IMG/VR virus record: IMGVR_UViG_3300042558_003926
Coordinates: 124,001-188,000 of that record
Length of the DNA: 64,000 nt
Direction: 5' to 3' (one strand)
Each line of letters starts with the position of its first letter. Position 1 is the stretch's first letter. Positions 1 to 10,946 of the stretch are shown here, one piece after another. Made by a program: the position numbers and the translations under genes. The notes under the pieces were generated by a model. It did no database searches and was not told the DNA's origin. It saw only the letters and a list, made by a program, of their open reading frames with translations.

Positions 1-324
1 TTTGCGGGAGGTTACGTAAAGGAACCAACCAAAGGATTACATGAATGGATAGCTTGTTATGACTTTGCTTCTCTTTATCCAAACACCATGGTTCAATGGG
101 GAATCTCTCCAGAAGTTTACAAGGGAAAGAATCCAGCAAATCCAAAAGAAACCTGGTCTAAAACAGCATCTGGAGCATATTTTGGCGGTGAAGACGAGAA
201 CCCGATATTAAGAACAATCATTAAAGATCTTTATTCCAGAAGGAGGAAAACTAAAGACCGAATGCTAGAGCTACAGATCGAAATTGACAAGCTAGAAAAG
301 TTATTAGAAAAAGAAAAAAATTAA
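1..324 (+). CDS. Family B DNA polymerase, N-terminal half (partial, 3' end only)
   Basis: Frame 1 is open from base 1: FAGGYVKEP...YDFASLYPN (PolB motif A, DxxSLYP). It stops after the first fingers helix. Confidence 0.9.
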   Translation, partial: FAGGYVKEPTKGLHEWIACYDFASLYPNTMVQWGISPEVYKGKNPANPKETWSKTASGAYFGGEDENPILRTIIKDLYSRRRKTKDRMLELQIEIDKLEKLLEKEKN

Positions 325-356
325 CGCTCTAAAGCCTCCGATCTCCAGGGTCTTTT

Positions 357-364
357 GATATATA
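357..364 (+). promoter_or_regulatory. Putative late-type promoter GATATATA
   Basis: Recurrent intergenic motif resembling the T4 late promoter TATAAATA. Confidence 0.45.
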
Positions 365-416
365 AAAAACCCGGTGGATTTAGGCCTAGACACAAACCTA
401 GTCAAAAATCACAATT

Positions 417-896
417 ATGGCAAATATAGACAACCAATGTAAAGATCTTCTCGTTGAGAATGACTACGTAACGTCCACACACCACCTGGAGAAGTTGATG
501 TCCCTTCAGAAAAACACCCAAGAGAGGGTTTATGGTTACAAGTTTGATGACCTTACCCTCGGAGAAATTAAAGACTTTTGGCTTTGGAACACCAGAGCTA
601 TCGAAGACGAAATATCGGAGGCATATGATGCCTTAGGTGGAGTATCTAACAATGGCGAGACATCTATAGGCAACGCAGTATGGAAACCATGGAAAAGCAA
701 CCATAAGAAGGCTTATGAAATGAAAATATCGGATTTATCCGATGACGATGTAAAAGAATTAAAAATGGAGTTAGTAGACATTCAACATTTCATATTCAAC
801 ATGATGGCTTCCGTTGGCATGACCGCTGAGGAGCTTTATAATTATTACCTCTCCAAAAACAAGGAGAACATCAGAAGACAAGAAAACAATTATTAA
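417..896 (+). CDS. Dimeric all-alpha dUTPase/dCTPase (T4 gp56/MazG-like)
   Basis: EISEAYDAL, WKPWK, ELVDIQHF and C-terminal K-x2-EN-x2-RQ-x2-Y motifs. Confidence 0.8.
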   Translation: MANIDNQCKDLLVENDYVTSTHHLEKLMSLQKNTQERVYGYKFDDLTLGEIKDFWLWNTRAIEDEISEAYDALGGVSNNGETSIGNAVWKPWKSNHKKAYEMKISDLSDDDVKELKMELVDIQHFIFNMMASVGMTAEELYNYYLSKNKENIRRQENNY

Positions 897-915
897 TTAA
901 AATTAAAAGTTAACT

Positions 916-1899
916 ATGGAGGAATTATATTCTTTACCTGAGCCTATTTTACAGGAAAACAAAAATCGTTTCGTTTTATTTCCTATCGAACATCATGACA
1001 TCTGGGAAATGTATAAGAAACAACAGGCTTGCATCTGGACTGCAGAAGAGATCGATTTAGCTCAGGATTTGAATGACTGGAGAAATAAGTTAACTGACGA
1101 TGAGAGATACTTCATCAAAAATGTTTTAGCCTTCTTTGCTGCTTCTGATGGTATAGTAAATGAAAACCTAGCTGAGAATTTTGTTTCCGAAGTTCAATAC
1201 ACCGAGGCTAAGTTTTTCTATGGATTCCAAATTATGATGGAAAACATACATTCGGAAACATACTCATTACTCATAGATACGTACATCAATGACCAGGAGG
1301 AGAAAGCCAGATTATTCAATGCTATAGAAACAATTCCCGCGGTGAGAAAAAAAGCGGAATGGGCTCTTAAATGGGTAGATTCACCAAACTTCCAAGAAAG
1401 ATTAGTTGCTTTTGCTGCTGTGGAGGGTATATTTTTTAGTGGATCTTTCTGTTCTATTTTCTGGCTTAAAAAGAGAGGACTTATGCCTGGTCTTTCGTTC
1501 TCCAACGAGCTAATTTCAAGAGACGAAGGTATGCACTGCGATTTTGCAGTTATGCTACACAACAATCATCTTGTAAATAAAGTTAGCGAAGCTAGAATCC
1601 GTGAAATCATAATAAGTGCTCTTGAGATAGAGAAGGAATTTATTATCGAGTCTTTGCCTATTAGATTGATTGGGATGAATTCGGAGTTAATGAAGCAGTA
1701 TCTGGAATTCGTTGCAGACAGACTCTTAGTTGATCTAGGATGTTCTAAAATGTACAACTCTGAAAATCCATTTGATTTCATGATGAATATTTCACTTCAG
1801 GGAAAGACTAATTTCTTCGAGAAAAGAGTTGGTGAATATCAAAAAGCTGGTGTAATGAACAAGTCAGAGGACGCTTTCGATTTCGATGCTGAATTTTAA
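916..1899 (+). CDS. nrdB: Class Ia ribonucleotide reductase beta subunit
   Basis: [30 protein letters not shown] and DEGMH di-iron motifs. Confidence 0.97.
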   Translation: MEELYSLPEPILQENKNRFVLFPIEHHDIWEMYKKQQACIWTAEEIDLAQDLNDWRNKLTDDERYFIKNVLAFFAASDGIVNENLAENFVSEVQYTEAKFFYGFQIMMENIHSETYSLLIDTYINDQEEKARLFNAIETIPAVRKKAEWALKWVDSPNFQERLVAFAAVEGIFFSGSFCSIFWLKKRGLMPGLSFSNELISRDEGMHCDFAVMLHNNHLVNKVSEARIREIIISALEIEKEFIIESLPIRLIGMNSELMKQYLEFVADRLLVDLGCSKMYNSENPFDFMMNISLQGKTNFFEKRVGEYQKAGVMNKSEDAFDFDAEF

Positions 1900-1918
1900 A
1901 AATAATAATCTAAATTAA

Positions 1919-4414
1919 ATGTTTGTAATAAAAAGAGACGGTTCTAAGGAACCCGTTAGGTTTGAAAAAGTTTCTAATAGAATTAAAAAAATGACTTATG
2001 GTCTAAATCCTGATCATATTGATTCTTTAGAGATTGCGCAAAAAGTTATTGCCGGAATCTACGATGGAATTTCTACACAGGAGTTAGACAATCTTGCAGC
2101 TGAAACTGCAGCATCGCTTATCCCAAATCACCCAGATTATTCAATATTAGCTTCAAGAATAGCAGTTTCTAGATTGCATAAGACAACTAAGAAGAAGTTT
2201 TCTGAAACGATAGAAGATCTTTATAGCTATATAGATCCTGAAACTAATACTCCAGCAGGTCTTATTAACGACGAGACATATAAGGTCGTTATGAAGAATA
2301 AACAGAAACTGGATGGAGCCATCATACACGAGAGGGACTTTAATTTCGAATATTTTGGATTCAAAACATTGGAGAAGAGTTATCTTTTAAAGACATATGG
2401 GGAGACAACGGAAACTCCTCAGCATATGTACATGCGAGTAGCAGTTGGTATATGGGGAGATAATCTGAAGAATGTAATTAAAACATACGAGTTACTTTCT
2501 AATCATTTAATGACCCACGCAACGCCAACATTATTTAATGCTGGAACAAAAAAACCACAGCTATCTTCTTGTTTTCTTTTAATGATGTCGGATGATTCTA
2601 TTCCCGGAATCTATAAGACGTTATCCGATGTTGCTGTTATCTCTCAGAATGCCGGAGGTATAGGACTTGCTATTCATAACGTTAGAAGTACGGGTTCTTA
2701 TATTAAAGGAACAAACGGAACTTCCAATGGAATTGTTCCTATGCTAAAAGTTTTCAACGAAACTGCAAGATATGTAGATCAAGGTGGAGGCAAAAGAAAA
2801 GGATCTTTTGCTATTTATGTAGAACCATGGCATGCTGACATTGAGTCTTTTCTAGATCTTAGAAAGAATACAGGGAAAGAAGAACTTAGAGCAAGAGATT
2901 TATTTTTGGCTTTATGGACCCCTGACTTATTTATGAAGAGGGTTAAAGAGAGCGGAGAATGGTCATTATTTTCTCCTTCTGATGTTCCTGGGCTTTGGGA
3001 ATTATACGGAGAGGATTTCGAGAAAGCTTATATCGATGCTGAACTTTCAGGAAAGGCTAGAAAGACAATAAAAGCCAGGGATTTATGGACAAAAATTATT
3101 GATTCACAAATCGAGACCGGAACTCCATATATGCTTTATAAGGATGCTGCTAACAAAAAATCAAATCAGCAAAATCTTGGTACAATAAAAAGTTCTAATC
3201 TTTGTACGGAGATCTTAGAATATACTTCTAAGGACGAGCAAGCTGTTTGTAACCTTGCATCTATCCCGGTAAATAAATTCTTAAAATCTACAGACAATAG
3301 GACTTCAAAGATAGCCAGAGGAAAATGTGAGGTTGATCATAAAGCCTTATATGATGTAGCTTACCAAACAGCTATCAACCTAAATAAGGTTATTGACGTT
3401 AACTATTACCCGACAAAAGAAACTGAGAGATCTAACATGAGACACCGTCCAATCGGTATCGGTATACAAGGTCTAGCAGATCTTTTTGCAATTATGGGTA
3501 TTCCTTTTACTTGTTTAGAGGCTAAGAAAATAAACGAGGAAGTATTTGAGACAATTTACTTTGCGTCAATGTCCGCTTCAATGGACTTAGCTAGAAGAGA
3601 CGGAAAATATGAAACATTTGACGGTTCACCACTTAGCAAAGGAGATTTCCAATTTAACCTTTGGGGATTCAAAGACGAACAACTTTCCGGAAGATGGGAT
3701 TGGGCTAAATTGAGAAAGGAAGTAATGAAACACGGAGCAAGAAACTCTTTGCTTTTAGCTCCAATGCCAACTGCTTCCACTGCACAAATAATGGGTAACA
3801 ACGAGGCTTTTGAACCTTTTACATCCAATATCTATACCAGAAGAACACTAAGTGGTGAGTTTATTCTTGTAAATAAACATCTAGTTAGGGATCTTATTTC
3901 TTTAGGTCTATGGAGCGATGATATGAAAAACATGATTATCCTACATAAGGGATCGGTTCAGAATATTCCACAAATACCAGAAGCTGTTAGAGAAACATAT
4001 AAAACTGTATGGGAAATAAAGCAGAAGGATCTAATAGATATGTCTGCTGGAAGAGGCAAATTTATTTGCCAATCACAATCACTAAATCTCTTTATAGAGA
4101 ATGTTAATGCTGCTAAATTAACTTCGGCACATTTCCATTCTTGGGAATTAGGACTAAAAACAGGAATGTACTACTTAAGGACTAAATCAGCGGTGGATGC
4201 AATTGCTGGTTTGGGTATAGACATGGAAAAGGCAAAGAAATCTTTGAAAACAACAGAGGAAAAAATTCCAACTCCAGTAAAAGAAAATACCGAGGAGAAG
4301 ATAGATATGCTTGGCATGACAAGCGAAGAACTAAGTAAGGCAGCAGAAAATATGATGTCTGATATAGTTTGTAGCTTAGACAATCCTGACGATTGTCTTG
4401 CTTGCGGATCATAA
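1919..4414 (+). CDS. nrdA: Class Ia ribonucleotide reductase alpha subunit
   Basis: ATP cone (VIKRDG), TPTLFNAGT, SSCF, NLCTE catalytic motif, C-terminal CxxC (CLAC). Confidence 0.97.
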   Translation: MFVIKRDGSKEPVRFEKVSNRIKKMTYGLNPDHIDSLEIAQKVIAGIYDGISTQELDNLAAETAASLIPNHPDYSILASRIAVSRLHKTTKKKFSETIEDLYSYIDPETNTPAGLINDETYKVVMKNKQKLDGAIIHERDFNFEYFGFKTLEKSYLLKTYGETTETPQHMYMRVAVGIWGDNLKNVIKTYELLSNHLMTHATPTLFNAGTKKPQLSSCFLLMMSDDSIPGIYKTLSDVAVISQNAGGIGLAIHNVRSTGSYIKGTNGTSNGIVPMLKVFNETARYVDQGGGKRKGSFAIYVEPWHADIESFLDLRKNTGKEELRARDLFLALWTPDLFMKRVKESGEWSLFSPSDVPGLWELYGEDFEKAYIDAELSGKARKTIKARDLWTKIIDSQIETGTPYMLYKDAANKKSNQQNLGTIKSSNLCTEILEYTSKDEQAVCNLASIPVNKFLKSTDNRTSKIARGKCEVDHKALYDVAYQTAINLNKVIDVNYYPTKETERSNMRHRPIGIGIQGLADLFAIMGIPFTCLEAKKINEEVFETIYFASMSASMDLARRDGKYETFDGSPLSKGDFQFNLWGFKDEQLSGRWDWAKLRKEVMKHGARNSLLLAPMPTASTAQIMGNNEAFEPFTSNIYTRRTLSGEFILVNKHLVRDLISLGLWSDDMKNMIILHKGSVQNIPQIPEAVRETYKTVWEIKQKDLIDMSAGRGKFICQSQSLNLFIENVNAAKLTSAHFHSWELGLKTGMYYLRTKSAVDAIAGLGIDMEKAKKSLKTTEEKIPTPVKENTEEKIDMLGMTSEELSKAAENMMSDIVCSLDNPDDCLACGS

Positions 4415-4425
4415 AGATTTTTTAA

Positions 4426-5052
4426 ATGGGACAAATAAAATACTTCGAACAATTTTTAAATGAGAGAGAACTTCCCGATAACCAAGGGGAAGTTCTCGTC
4501 ATTTTAGGGGCACCTGGATCAGGGAAGGGAACACTAGCAAAAGTTCTACAAGATGACTATGGAATCAATCATATATCCACTGGTGATCTAATTAGAAAGT
4601 CGGATGACGAGGAGCTTAAAAAAATAATAGCTGGTGGTGATCTTGTACCTGACTCAATGATAGTTAAAATGCTCGTTTCCGAACTAAAGAATATAGACCC
4701 TTTAGAGGGTGTTATTTTTGATGGATTCCCAAGGACAATTAAACAAGCTAAAAAGCTTGATTCTATTCTTGGCAAGATGGGGCTTGGGTTAAATCACGCG
4801 ATATTTCTTGATCTTGATGAAAAAATAGCCAAGGAAAGGATAAAAGAAAGAGCAAAGAAAGAGGATAGAAAGGATGATTCCAGCGATGAGGTTATAGAAA
4901 ACAGATTCAAAGAATATCACAATAAGACATTCCCTTTAGTTGACTTTTATAAGAGAAGTAGAAAACTTCTAAAAATAGATGCTGAGGGGGGAAAGGATAA
5001 AGTACTCTCTAAAGTTGTTGAAAAACTGGGACTTACTAAGAAGAAAAAGTAA
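4426..5052 (+). CDS. adk: Adenylate kinase with N-terminal leader peptide
   Basis: GAPGSGKGT P-loop, HISTGDLIR, DGFPRT, RKDD. Extra N-terminus MGQIKYFEQFLNE. Confidence 0.92.
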   Translation: MGQIKYFEQFLNERELPDNQGEVLVILGAPGSGKGTLAKVLQDDYGINHISTGDLIRKSDDEELKKIIAGGDLVPDSMIVKMLVSELKNIDPLEGVIFDGFPRTIKQAKKLDSILGKMGLGLNHAIFLDLDEKIAKERIKERAKKEDRKDDSSDEVIENRFKEYHNKTFPLVDFYKRSRKLLKIDAEGGKDKVLSKVVEKLGLTKKKK

Positions 5053-5070
5053 TTCCATAAAATCATATAA

Positions 5071-5718
5071 ATGAGCACCACTAGTGGAGACTTTGTAAAT
5101 TCCGTAAGGGATATTCTAAATAAGAAAAAGACCGATGATAACCGGAGGAGAATTATCTTAAGGGATATTTTTGATAATCTTGTAAGCTATCTAAAAAATT
5201 CAGGAAAAGCTGAGATAAGAAATGTTAAAGATTTCGAGACTAACGAGATGTCTTATCTTCTGAATCTATATCTAGAATCCGATAATATCAACGAGGATTT
5301 TTATAATATTCTGAAAAACAATGGGGTTGTTCTGGATAGGCACGAAATCGATTCTAAAAATTCACTCTATGTAGCTAACTTTGGTAAAATAATGCTATCG
5401 AATTTAAATTCAGATAGTATTTGTTTTTTAGAATTGAAGATAACAGGCAAATATTTCTTCACATTAAGAATAACTCTAAAGACCGAAGCTGTTAGCTATC
5501 GAGTTTATGATACCAATTACTTTTATTTGAAATTATGGGTTTTTGATGGTATTGATTTTTCTAATCACGATATCCAGATAAGAACTCAGGATAGGAGCAA
5601 AAAGAAGATGAGGGTAGATCTAAACTCAAACTACTACTTCAATATAATGTTTGATAAGATGGGTGAAGTAGTTGAAACAAATATTTCAAAAAAAAGAGGA
5701 GCAAAACTGAATCACTAG
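5071..5718 (+). CDS. Hypothetical protein
   Basis: 215-aa ORF in operon context. Confidence 0.6.
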   Translation: MSTTSGDFVNSVRDILNKKKTDDNRRRIILRDIFDNLVSYLKNSGKAEIRNVKDFETNEMSYLLNLYLESDNINEDFYNILKNNGVVLDRHEIDSKNSLYVANFGKIMLSNLNSDSICFLELKITGKYFFTLRITLKTEAVSYRVYDTNYFYLKLWVFDGIDFSNHDIQIRTQDRSKKKMRVDLNSNYYFNIMFDKMGEVVETNISKKRGAKLNH

Positions 5719-5749
5719 GATATAATTATAAACAGATAAACAAAGAATA

Positions 5750-7033
5750 ATGTCAAAGAACAAAATGAAGAAAAAGAGTCCGGTTCCTATGAAGAGCATG
5801 ATTTCTCCCGTAGCTATGAAAAGTCCTTTATCTAACACAGGAAAACAAACGATTAGCTTGTGTCTTGTTATGATCGTAAAAGACGAGGAAGATACGATGG
5901 AGAGATGCTTGAGAGCTGTTGCACCTTATATAGAATACTGGGTAATCGTAGATACTGGATCCGGAGATAAAACCAAAGAGGTTATTAAAGCAACAATGGA
6001 TGATTTAGGAATCCCTGGTGAATTACACGAAAGACCTTGGGTTAACTTTGAAGTTAATAGGACCGAGAGCTTAAACCTGGCTAAGAATAAATGCGACTAC
6101 AGATGGATAATCGATGCCGATGATACATTCTTTACTGAATCACCTACAGTAAACCCGTTCGCAGGTTTGGACACCAAGCCAGATTGTTATCAGCTAATGT
6201 ATAAGCTGAACCAATTACAGTACAACAGAGCACAGATCGTAAAGTCAGATCAAAATTGGGTTTACAAGGGAGTTCTACATGAATATTTATATTTAGACGA
6301 GGAAAGAATAGAGGTGATGCAGGTTCCTATCAGGGGATGCTATGTTATGGCTGATATTTCGCCTCTAAAAAGAGCTGGTAGTTTGGAGGAGAAATATTCA
6401 AACGATGCTAAGATTCTAGAGGATGCTTTAGTTAAAGAACCAGATAATGAGAGATACATGTTCTATCTCGCTCAAAGCTATAGAGATGCAAATCAACTAG
6501 AGAAGGCCATAGAATCATATCAGAAGAGAGTTGATATGAAAGGATGGGAAGAGGAGGTTTATTATTCCATGTATATGATAGCTAAAATTAGCGAAAGAAT
6601 AGGTAAACCAGATTCAGAGATAATCGATCTATATTCCAGAGCTTGGGAGTACAGACCTGCTAGATTAGAAGCGGTCTTCCACACTATGAGAAAGTTAAGA
6701 GACCAGGGAAGACACCTTATATCTTTTGCCTATGGAGACATTGCAATAAAAACTAAGGGTACTGGAGATATACTCTTTATAGAACCAGAAATCTGGCAGT
6801 GGAGACTTCTGGATGAGTATTCGCTAGCCGCATATTATATAGGAAATCCTGAAATTTCGTTGGAAAAAACTGGTGCCATTGTAAATGCTCCTTTCTTTAA
6901 GGATATCCTACAGGAAGAACAGAAGAGACTTCTTAAGAATATGGATTTCTATAAAAGAGGTGCTGAGGAAAAGATGAAAAAACTAAAACAAATGCAGGCA
7001 CTACAGCAAATGCAAGGTTTAAAGAATGTATAG
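5750..7033 (+). CDS. GT2-family glycosyltransferase with TPR-like C-terminus
   Basis: LVMIVKDEE, IVDTGSGD, DADD (DxD), GVLHEY, then helical repeats (FYLAQSYRD). Confidence 0.8.
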   Translation: MSKNKMKKKSPVPMKSMISPVAMKSPLSNTGKQTISLCLVMIVKDEEDTMERCLRAVAPYIEYWVIVDTGSGDKTKEVIKATMDDLGIPGELHERPWVNFEVNRTESLNLAKNKCDYRWIIDADDTFFTESPTVNPFAGLDTKPDCYQLMYKLNQLQYNRAQIVKSDQNWVYKGVLHEYLYLDEERIEVMQVPIRGCYVMADISPLKRAGSLEEKYSNDAKILEDALVKEPDNERYMFYLAQSYRDANQLEKAIESYQKRVDMKGWEEEVYYSMYMIAKISERIGKPDSEIIDLYSRAWEYRPARLEAVFHTMRKLRDQGRHLISFAYGDIAIKTKGTGDILFIEPEIWQWRLLDEYSLAAYYIGNPEISLEKTGAIVNAPFFKDILQEEQKRLLKNMDFYKRGAEEKMKKLKQMQALQQMQGLKNV

Positions 7034-7035
7034 TG

Positions 7036-7043
7036 GATATATA
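7036..7043 (+). promoter_or_regulatory. Putative late promoter GATATATA
   Basis: Ends 18 nt upstream of the ATG at 7062. Confidence 0.55.
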
Positions 7044-7061
7044 CTATAAAAATAGTATAAA

Positions 7062-7616
7062 ATGATACATCTTTTAGAATTTGAATCTTTTTCTAATTTC
7101 CTAGTAAAAGAAAATGAGGTAAAGGGAGGAATTCCTATTTATAATGAGACTGTTTTCATGCAGAGCAATAACACTAAGCCTGCTATGATGGTAAAAGCTC
7201 CTGAACTCGTTTCTACTCTAACTAGATTATTAGAGGACCAGGAAAAAGGAGATATCGAAAAAATAATCGTTATTGCTGAAATTCCGACACAAGGTAAGAA
7301 CGCTCCTCAATACGTAAGAGATGACGTTCAGATCGAAAGAGACCGAATGGCTAAAAGAAAATATGCTTTATACGGAAGTAGGGTAGAAAGAGCGGATAGA
7401 CCGGAAGAAGAGGAATACACTGATGCTATCAATATATTCGTAGATTCAGAATTTATTGTTAAGGGTGTAATTAATAAATTAGGTAAGGACTATATTATAG
7501 CAATTCCAGATTCAAAGAGAAGAAAAGCTGAAGCTAGTAAATCAGAAATGGAATACTACACGGTTTATCTAGAGCCTAAACAAGTAGATGAGGTATTTTT
7601 TACTCCCTCTAAATAA
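7062..7616 (+). CDS. Hypothetical protein with capsid-targeting-like leader
   Basis: N-terminus MIHLLEFESFSNFLVKENE. Has its own motif upstream and a terminator downstream. Confidence 0.65.
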   Translation: MIHLLEFESFSNFLVKENEVKGGIPIYNETVFMQSNNTKPAMMVKAPELVSTLTRLLEDQEKGDIEKIIVIAEIPTQGKNAPQYVRDDVQIERDRMAKRKYALYGSRVERADRPEEEEYTDAINIFVDSEFIVKGVINKLGKDYIIAIPDSKRRKAEASKSEMEYYTVYLEPKQVDEVFFTPSK

Positions 7617-7639
7617 ATCTAAATGAAACATAATCTAGA

Positions 7640-7670
7640 AGCTCCAATATTAGTATTGGAGCTTTTTTTT
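7640..7670 (+). terminator. Rho-independent terminator
   Basis: AGCTCCAATA-TTAG-TATTGGAGCT followed by a T run. Confidence 0.85.
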
Positions 7671-7715
7671 ATGATATAAGATTAGCTACGAATTAAACCA
7701 AAACTGGAAATAAAA

Positions 7716-9509
7716 ATGGCTTCTAACAAGGTAAACAAAACAATTGAGGTATTAACAGACTTTGAACACATTATCAAAAGGCCCACTATGTACGTGGGAT
7801 CTGTTAAAAGAAGCGAAGAGATAATCCCAATAATAGGAGACGGATTTATAAAATCTGTAACCAAGGAACATTCTATAGGGATGTACAAATTATTCGATGA
7901 GGTTTTCGCTAATTCCGTTGATGAAGCTAAGAGAATGCAGACCCCAATGAAGAAGATAACTGTTGAGGTTTCCTCTAAGGAGAATTCAATCTCAATTACC
8001 GATACTGGTGACGGATTTACGAATGGATCTACCGTTAACAAAAAAAGCGGGATGAGCAATATAGAAACAGCGGTTTCTATGTTAAGAGCTGGATCTAACT
8101 TCGATAATGATAATATAGATGAATCTATCGTTGGTACTAATGGTATGGGGGTTAGCTTGGTTAACGCTCTTTCTTACATGTTCGAAATAGAAACAACAAA
8201 CAGCAAAGAAACGTATTACCAGATCTGGAATAATTTTAAATCAGCTAAGCCCACTATAAAGACAAAAGCAAAGAGTAAGGCTACTGGGACAAAGGTTGGA
8301 TTCGTTCCTAACTCCAGTGTTTTCGATAATTCAAAATGGGATTATGCTACTATTCGAACCTATCTCTGTTTAAGAAAAAGAGTTTTAGAAACAGAGGAAA
8401 AGACTGCATCACTGAAGATAGAATTTATCTGGGATGGAAAGACCGAAATGATTTCATCAGAATTGAAGCCAGACTGGTCCGCAAAAACTCCCATTGGTGA
8501 ATTATTGATATGGGAGAAAAAACAAGACTCTGGCTCATTTTCATTTGTTAATAGTGCTTTATGTACGGGGATACACCAAAAGATCGTATACGATAAAATA
8601 AACGGTGAATTAGAGGATTCTTTAGGACATCATTTCTATGATACCCTTCTCATATTAAATATGTCCCCTAGAATAGTTAGGTTCGGAGATCAGAACAAGA
8701 CAAAATTTGTTTCTAAAAGGGAGGAGGTAGAACCAACTATTATAAGAAACTTCGACGGATCATTAAGTAAGTTCTTTAGAAGCGAGACATATAAGAAAAT
8801 AAAAAAATCGGTTGACGACAGGAAGAAAGAAACAGCCTTAAAGAAGATAAGGAAGGAGAAGAAGTCAATTAGGATAAAGCATTCCAATAAATATTTTCCA
8901 CCTACTTCAGGAAGAGCGGAGAATCTTTTTATTGTGGAAGGACTCAGTGCGATGGGATCGATTCTTCAGAAAAGAGACCCGAAGAAGGATGGAGTCTATG
9001 CACTTAAAGGGAAAATAAAAAATGCTAGAAGCTTATCCGATCTCTCCGATAATAGGGAGATTCTCGAACTGATGCAGATATTAAATCTAGATCCCGCAGA
9101 TCAATCATTGAATTGTCCATTCGATAAAGTAGTAATAGCTACAGACCAAGATCCGGACGGAGCTCACATTACTTCTCTTTTGATAAATCTTTTCTATATG
9201 TGGTTCCCGTGGATGATTAAAGACGGAAGAGTTAGTTTTTTAGAAACACCATTAGTTACTGTTGGTGATAGATCTAAGAGATATTATTATTCATTGGAGG
9301 AATTCAAAAAGAATGTATCTAAAAGCGAAAGAGGAGCTATTAGATATCTCAAAGGACTAGGATCTTTATCTTTGGAGGACTGGGATCACGTTATGAAAAA
9401 CAAGAGGATAATATCTATAAAGGATGACACCAAAGCAAAGACGAATCTAGAAATGGCATTTGGAAAATCTTCTCTGGAAAGGAAAAAGTGGCTAAGCTCA
9501 GAGGTTTAA
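7716..9509 (+). CDS. Type II topoisomerase large subunit (GyrB/T4 gp39+60-like)
   Basis: RPTMYVGS, GTNGMGVS ATPase motifs. Toprim motifs VEGLSA, LKGK, TDQDPDG, YLKGLGS. Confidence 0.93.
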   Translation: MASNKVNKTIEVLTDFEHIIKRPTMYVGSVKRSEEIIPIIGDGFIKSVTKEHSIGMYKLFDEVFANSVDEAKRMQTPMKKITVEVSSKENSISITDTGDGFTNGSTVNKKSGMSNIETAVSMLRAGSNFDNDNIDESIVGTNGMGVSLVNALSYMFEIETTNSKETYYQIWNNFKSAKPTIKTKAKSKATGTKVGFVPNSSVFDNSKWDYATIRTYLCLRKRVLETEEKTASLKIEFIWDGKTEMISSELKPDWSAKTPIGELLIWEKKQDSGSFSFVNSALCTGIHQKIVYDKINGELEDSLGHHFYDTLLILNMSPRIVRFGDQNKTKFVSKREEVEPTIIRNFDGSLSKFFRSETYKKIKKSVDDRKKETALKKIRKEKKSIRIKHSNKYFPPTSGRAENLFIVEGLSAMGSILQKRDPKKDGVYALKGKIKNARSLSDLSDNREILELMQILNLDPADQSLNCPFDKVVIATDQDPDGAHITSLLINLFYMWFPWMIKDGRVSFLETPLVTVGDRSKRYYYSLEEFKKNVSKSERGAIRYLKGLGSLSLEDWDHVMKNKRIISIKDDTKAKTNLEMAFGKSSLERKKWLSSEV

Positions 9510-9547
9510 TTTTTTATATCCGTGTTATTTAGTTATTTTTATAGTGC

Positions 9548-9793
9548 ATGAGATCGAAAAAATATAGAATTCCAAGGAAGAAGAAAAAGCAAATCCCGGA
9601 GGGATTCTATTGTTATACCCAAACGTCGGATTTCAAGAAACTTAAGAATGGGAAATATGGGTACACTATAAAAGAGTGTCCTTTCTATTATCAGAAATCA
9701 GAAGGCATTTTTGGTGGTTGGTGTAAACTCATCGGAGGTGAAATAATGGATCAGTGTAAATCATGCGGTGAAAAACTAGGAAAATTTAAATAG
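9548..9793 (+). CDS. Small Cys-rich hypothetical protein
   Basis: 81 aa with several Cys, tightly packed with neighbours. Confidence 0.55.
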   Translation: MRSKKYRIPRKKKKQIPEGFYCYTQTSDFKKLKNGKYGYTIKECPFYYQKSEGIFGGWCKLIGGEIMDQCKSCGEKLGKFK

Positions 9794-10723
9794 ATGGGAA
9801 GATACGGATATTGTTGTATAAATATGAGTCTTTCTGATAGAAAGATCTCTACTAACAGAGGAATGGTAAAGAAAACATTTCTAGAGAAAGGTATAGCATA
9901 TGCTTCAGAGCTAGCTTTAAAGAATGTAATAGATCTAAGAGAAATCTTGCAATGGAATTATGACAACGGAATACAGATGTATAGGATGTCCAGTGATATA
10001 TTTCCTTGGTGCTCCGAATATGAAATAAAGGACCTACCTGATTATGATGCAATCTCGGCCGTTTTAAAAGCATGCGGTTTTTTTGCAATAATGAATGACC
10101 AAAGAATAACATTTCATCCCTCACCATACGGAGTTCTAGCTTCCGAACGTCCCGATGTGGTGGAGAAGGCAATAAAGGAACTTTCTCAACATGCGGAGAT
10201 ATTCGATCTGATGGGACTAGACAAAAGCCATAAGTATCCGATCAATATTCACATAAATACAACGAAGCCAACAAAAGAGGATGCAGCAGACAGATTCTGT
10301 CGTAATTACGAGGTACTCCCGGATTCAGTAAAGGCTAGACTAGTCTTGGAAGTTGATGATAAGAAATCACAATTTCACGCGGAGGATCTTTACGAGATGG
10401 TCCATAAAAGAATTGGTATCCCAGTAACTTTTGATTATCTACATAACAAATGTAACCCATCCTCTCTTAGCGAGCGTGATGCACTGGCATTGTGTGTTAG
10501 CACCTGGCCAGAGGGTATTGTTCCGATAACTCATTATTCGGATTCTAGAAAAATCTTCGAGGATTCTTCTGCTAAGGAAGTAGCTCATTCCGATTGGATT
10601 TGGGAATCACCCGAAACTTATGGGCTTGAGATCGATATAGAATTTGAAGTTAAAATGAAAGATTTAGCTTTACTTAAATACATAAAAGAAAAGGAACTGC
10701 TATATGAAGTCAAAAAATTCTAA
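9794..10723 (+). CDS. uvsE: UV damage endonuclease
   Basis: GYCCIN, RMSSDIFP, RITFHP, LEVDD, TFDYLH, HYSDS, H-S-D and EVKMKD motifs. Confidence 0.92.
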   Translation: MGRYGYCCINMSLSDRKISTNRGMVKKTFLEKGIAYASELALKNVIDLREILQWNYDNGIQMYRMSSDIFPWCSEYEIKDLPDYDAISAVLKACGFFAIMNDQRITFHPSPYGVLASERPDVVEKAIKELSQHAEIFDLMGLDKSHKYPINIHINTTKPTKEDAADRFCRNYEVLPDSVKARLVLEVDDKKSQFHAEDLYEMVHKRIGIPVTFDYLHNKCNPSSLSERDALALCVSTWPEGIVPITHYSDSRKIFEDSSAKEVAHSDWIWESPETYGLEIDIEFEVKMKDLALLKYIKEKELLYEVKKF

Positions 10724-10946
10724 AGAGCTTGAAGAATTTGAGCAGAAGGTGAATAACCAGGATATGAATGCGCAGATTAAGTATCGGATAGATCGTTCTC
10801 TGGAAGCATCTGTTAAATATGAATATCTAATTGAAACTTACGGCGAGGAAAAAGTTGATGAGTTAGTAAAGGACGTTATCGATTTATATGACGTTGATTT
10901 TTATAACTCAGTGAAGAAAAAATTAGAATCGGGAAGTAATGTTTGA
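10704..10946 (+). CDS. Hypothetical protein
   Basis: 80-aa ORF overlapping both neighbours. Confidence 0.55.
   Translation: MKSKNSKELEEFEQKVNNQDMNAQIKYRIDRSLEASVKYEYLIETYGEEKVDELVKDVIDLYDVDFYNSVKKKLESGSNV

Noticed and set aside
7624-7653. TGAAAC-N18-TATTAG as a topoisomerase promoter
   Set aside because: The -10 candidate lies within the terminator hairpin, so it is too ambiguous to call.
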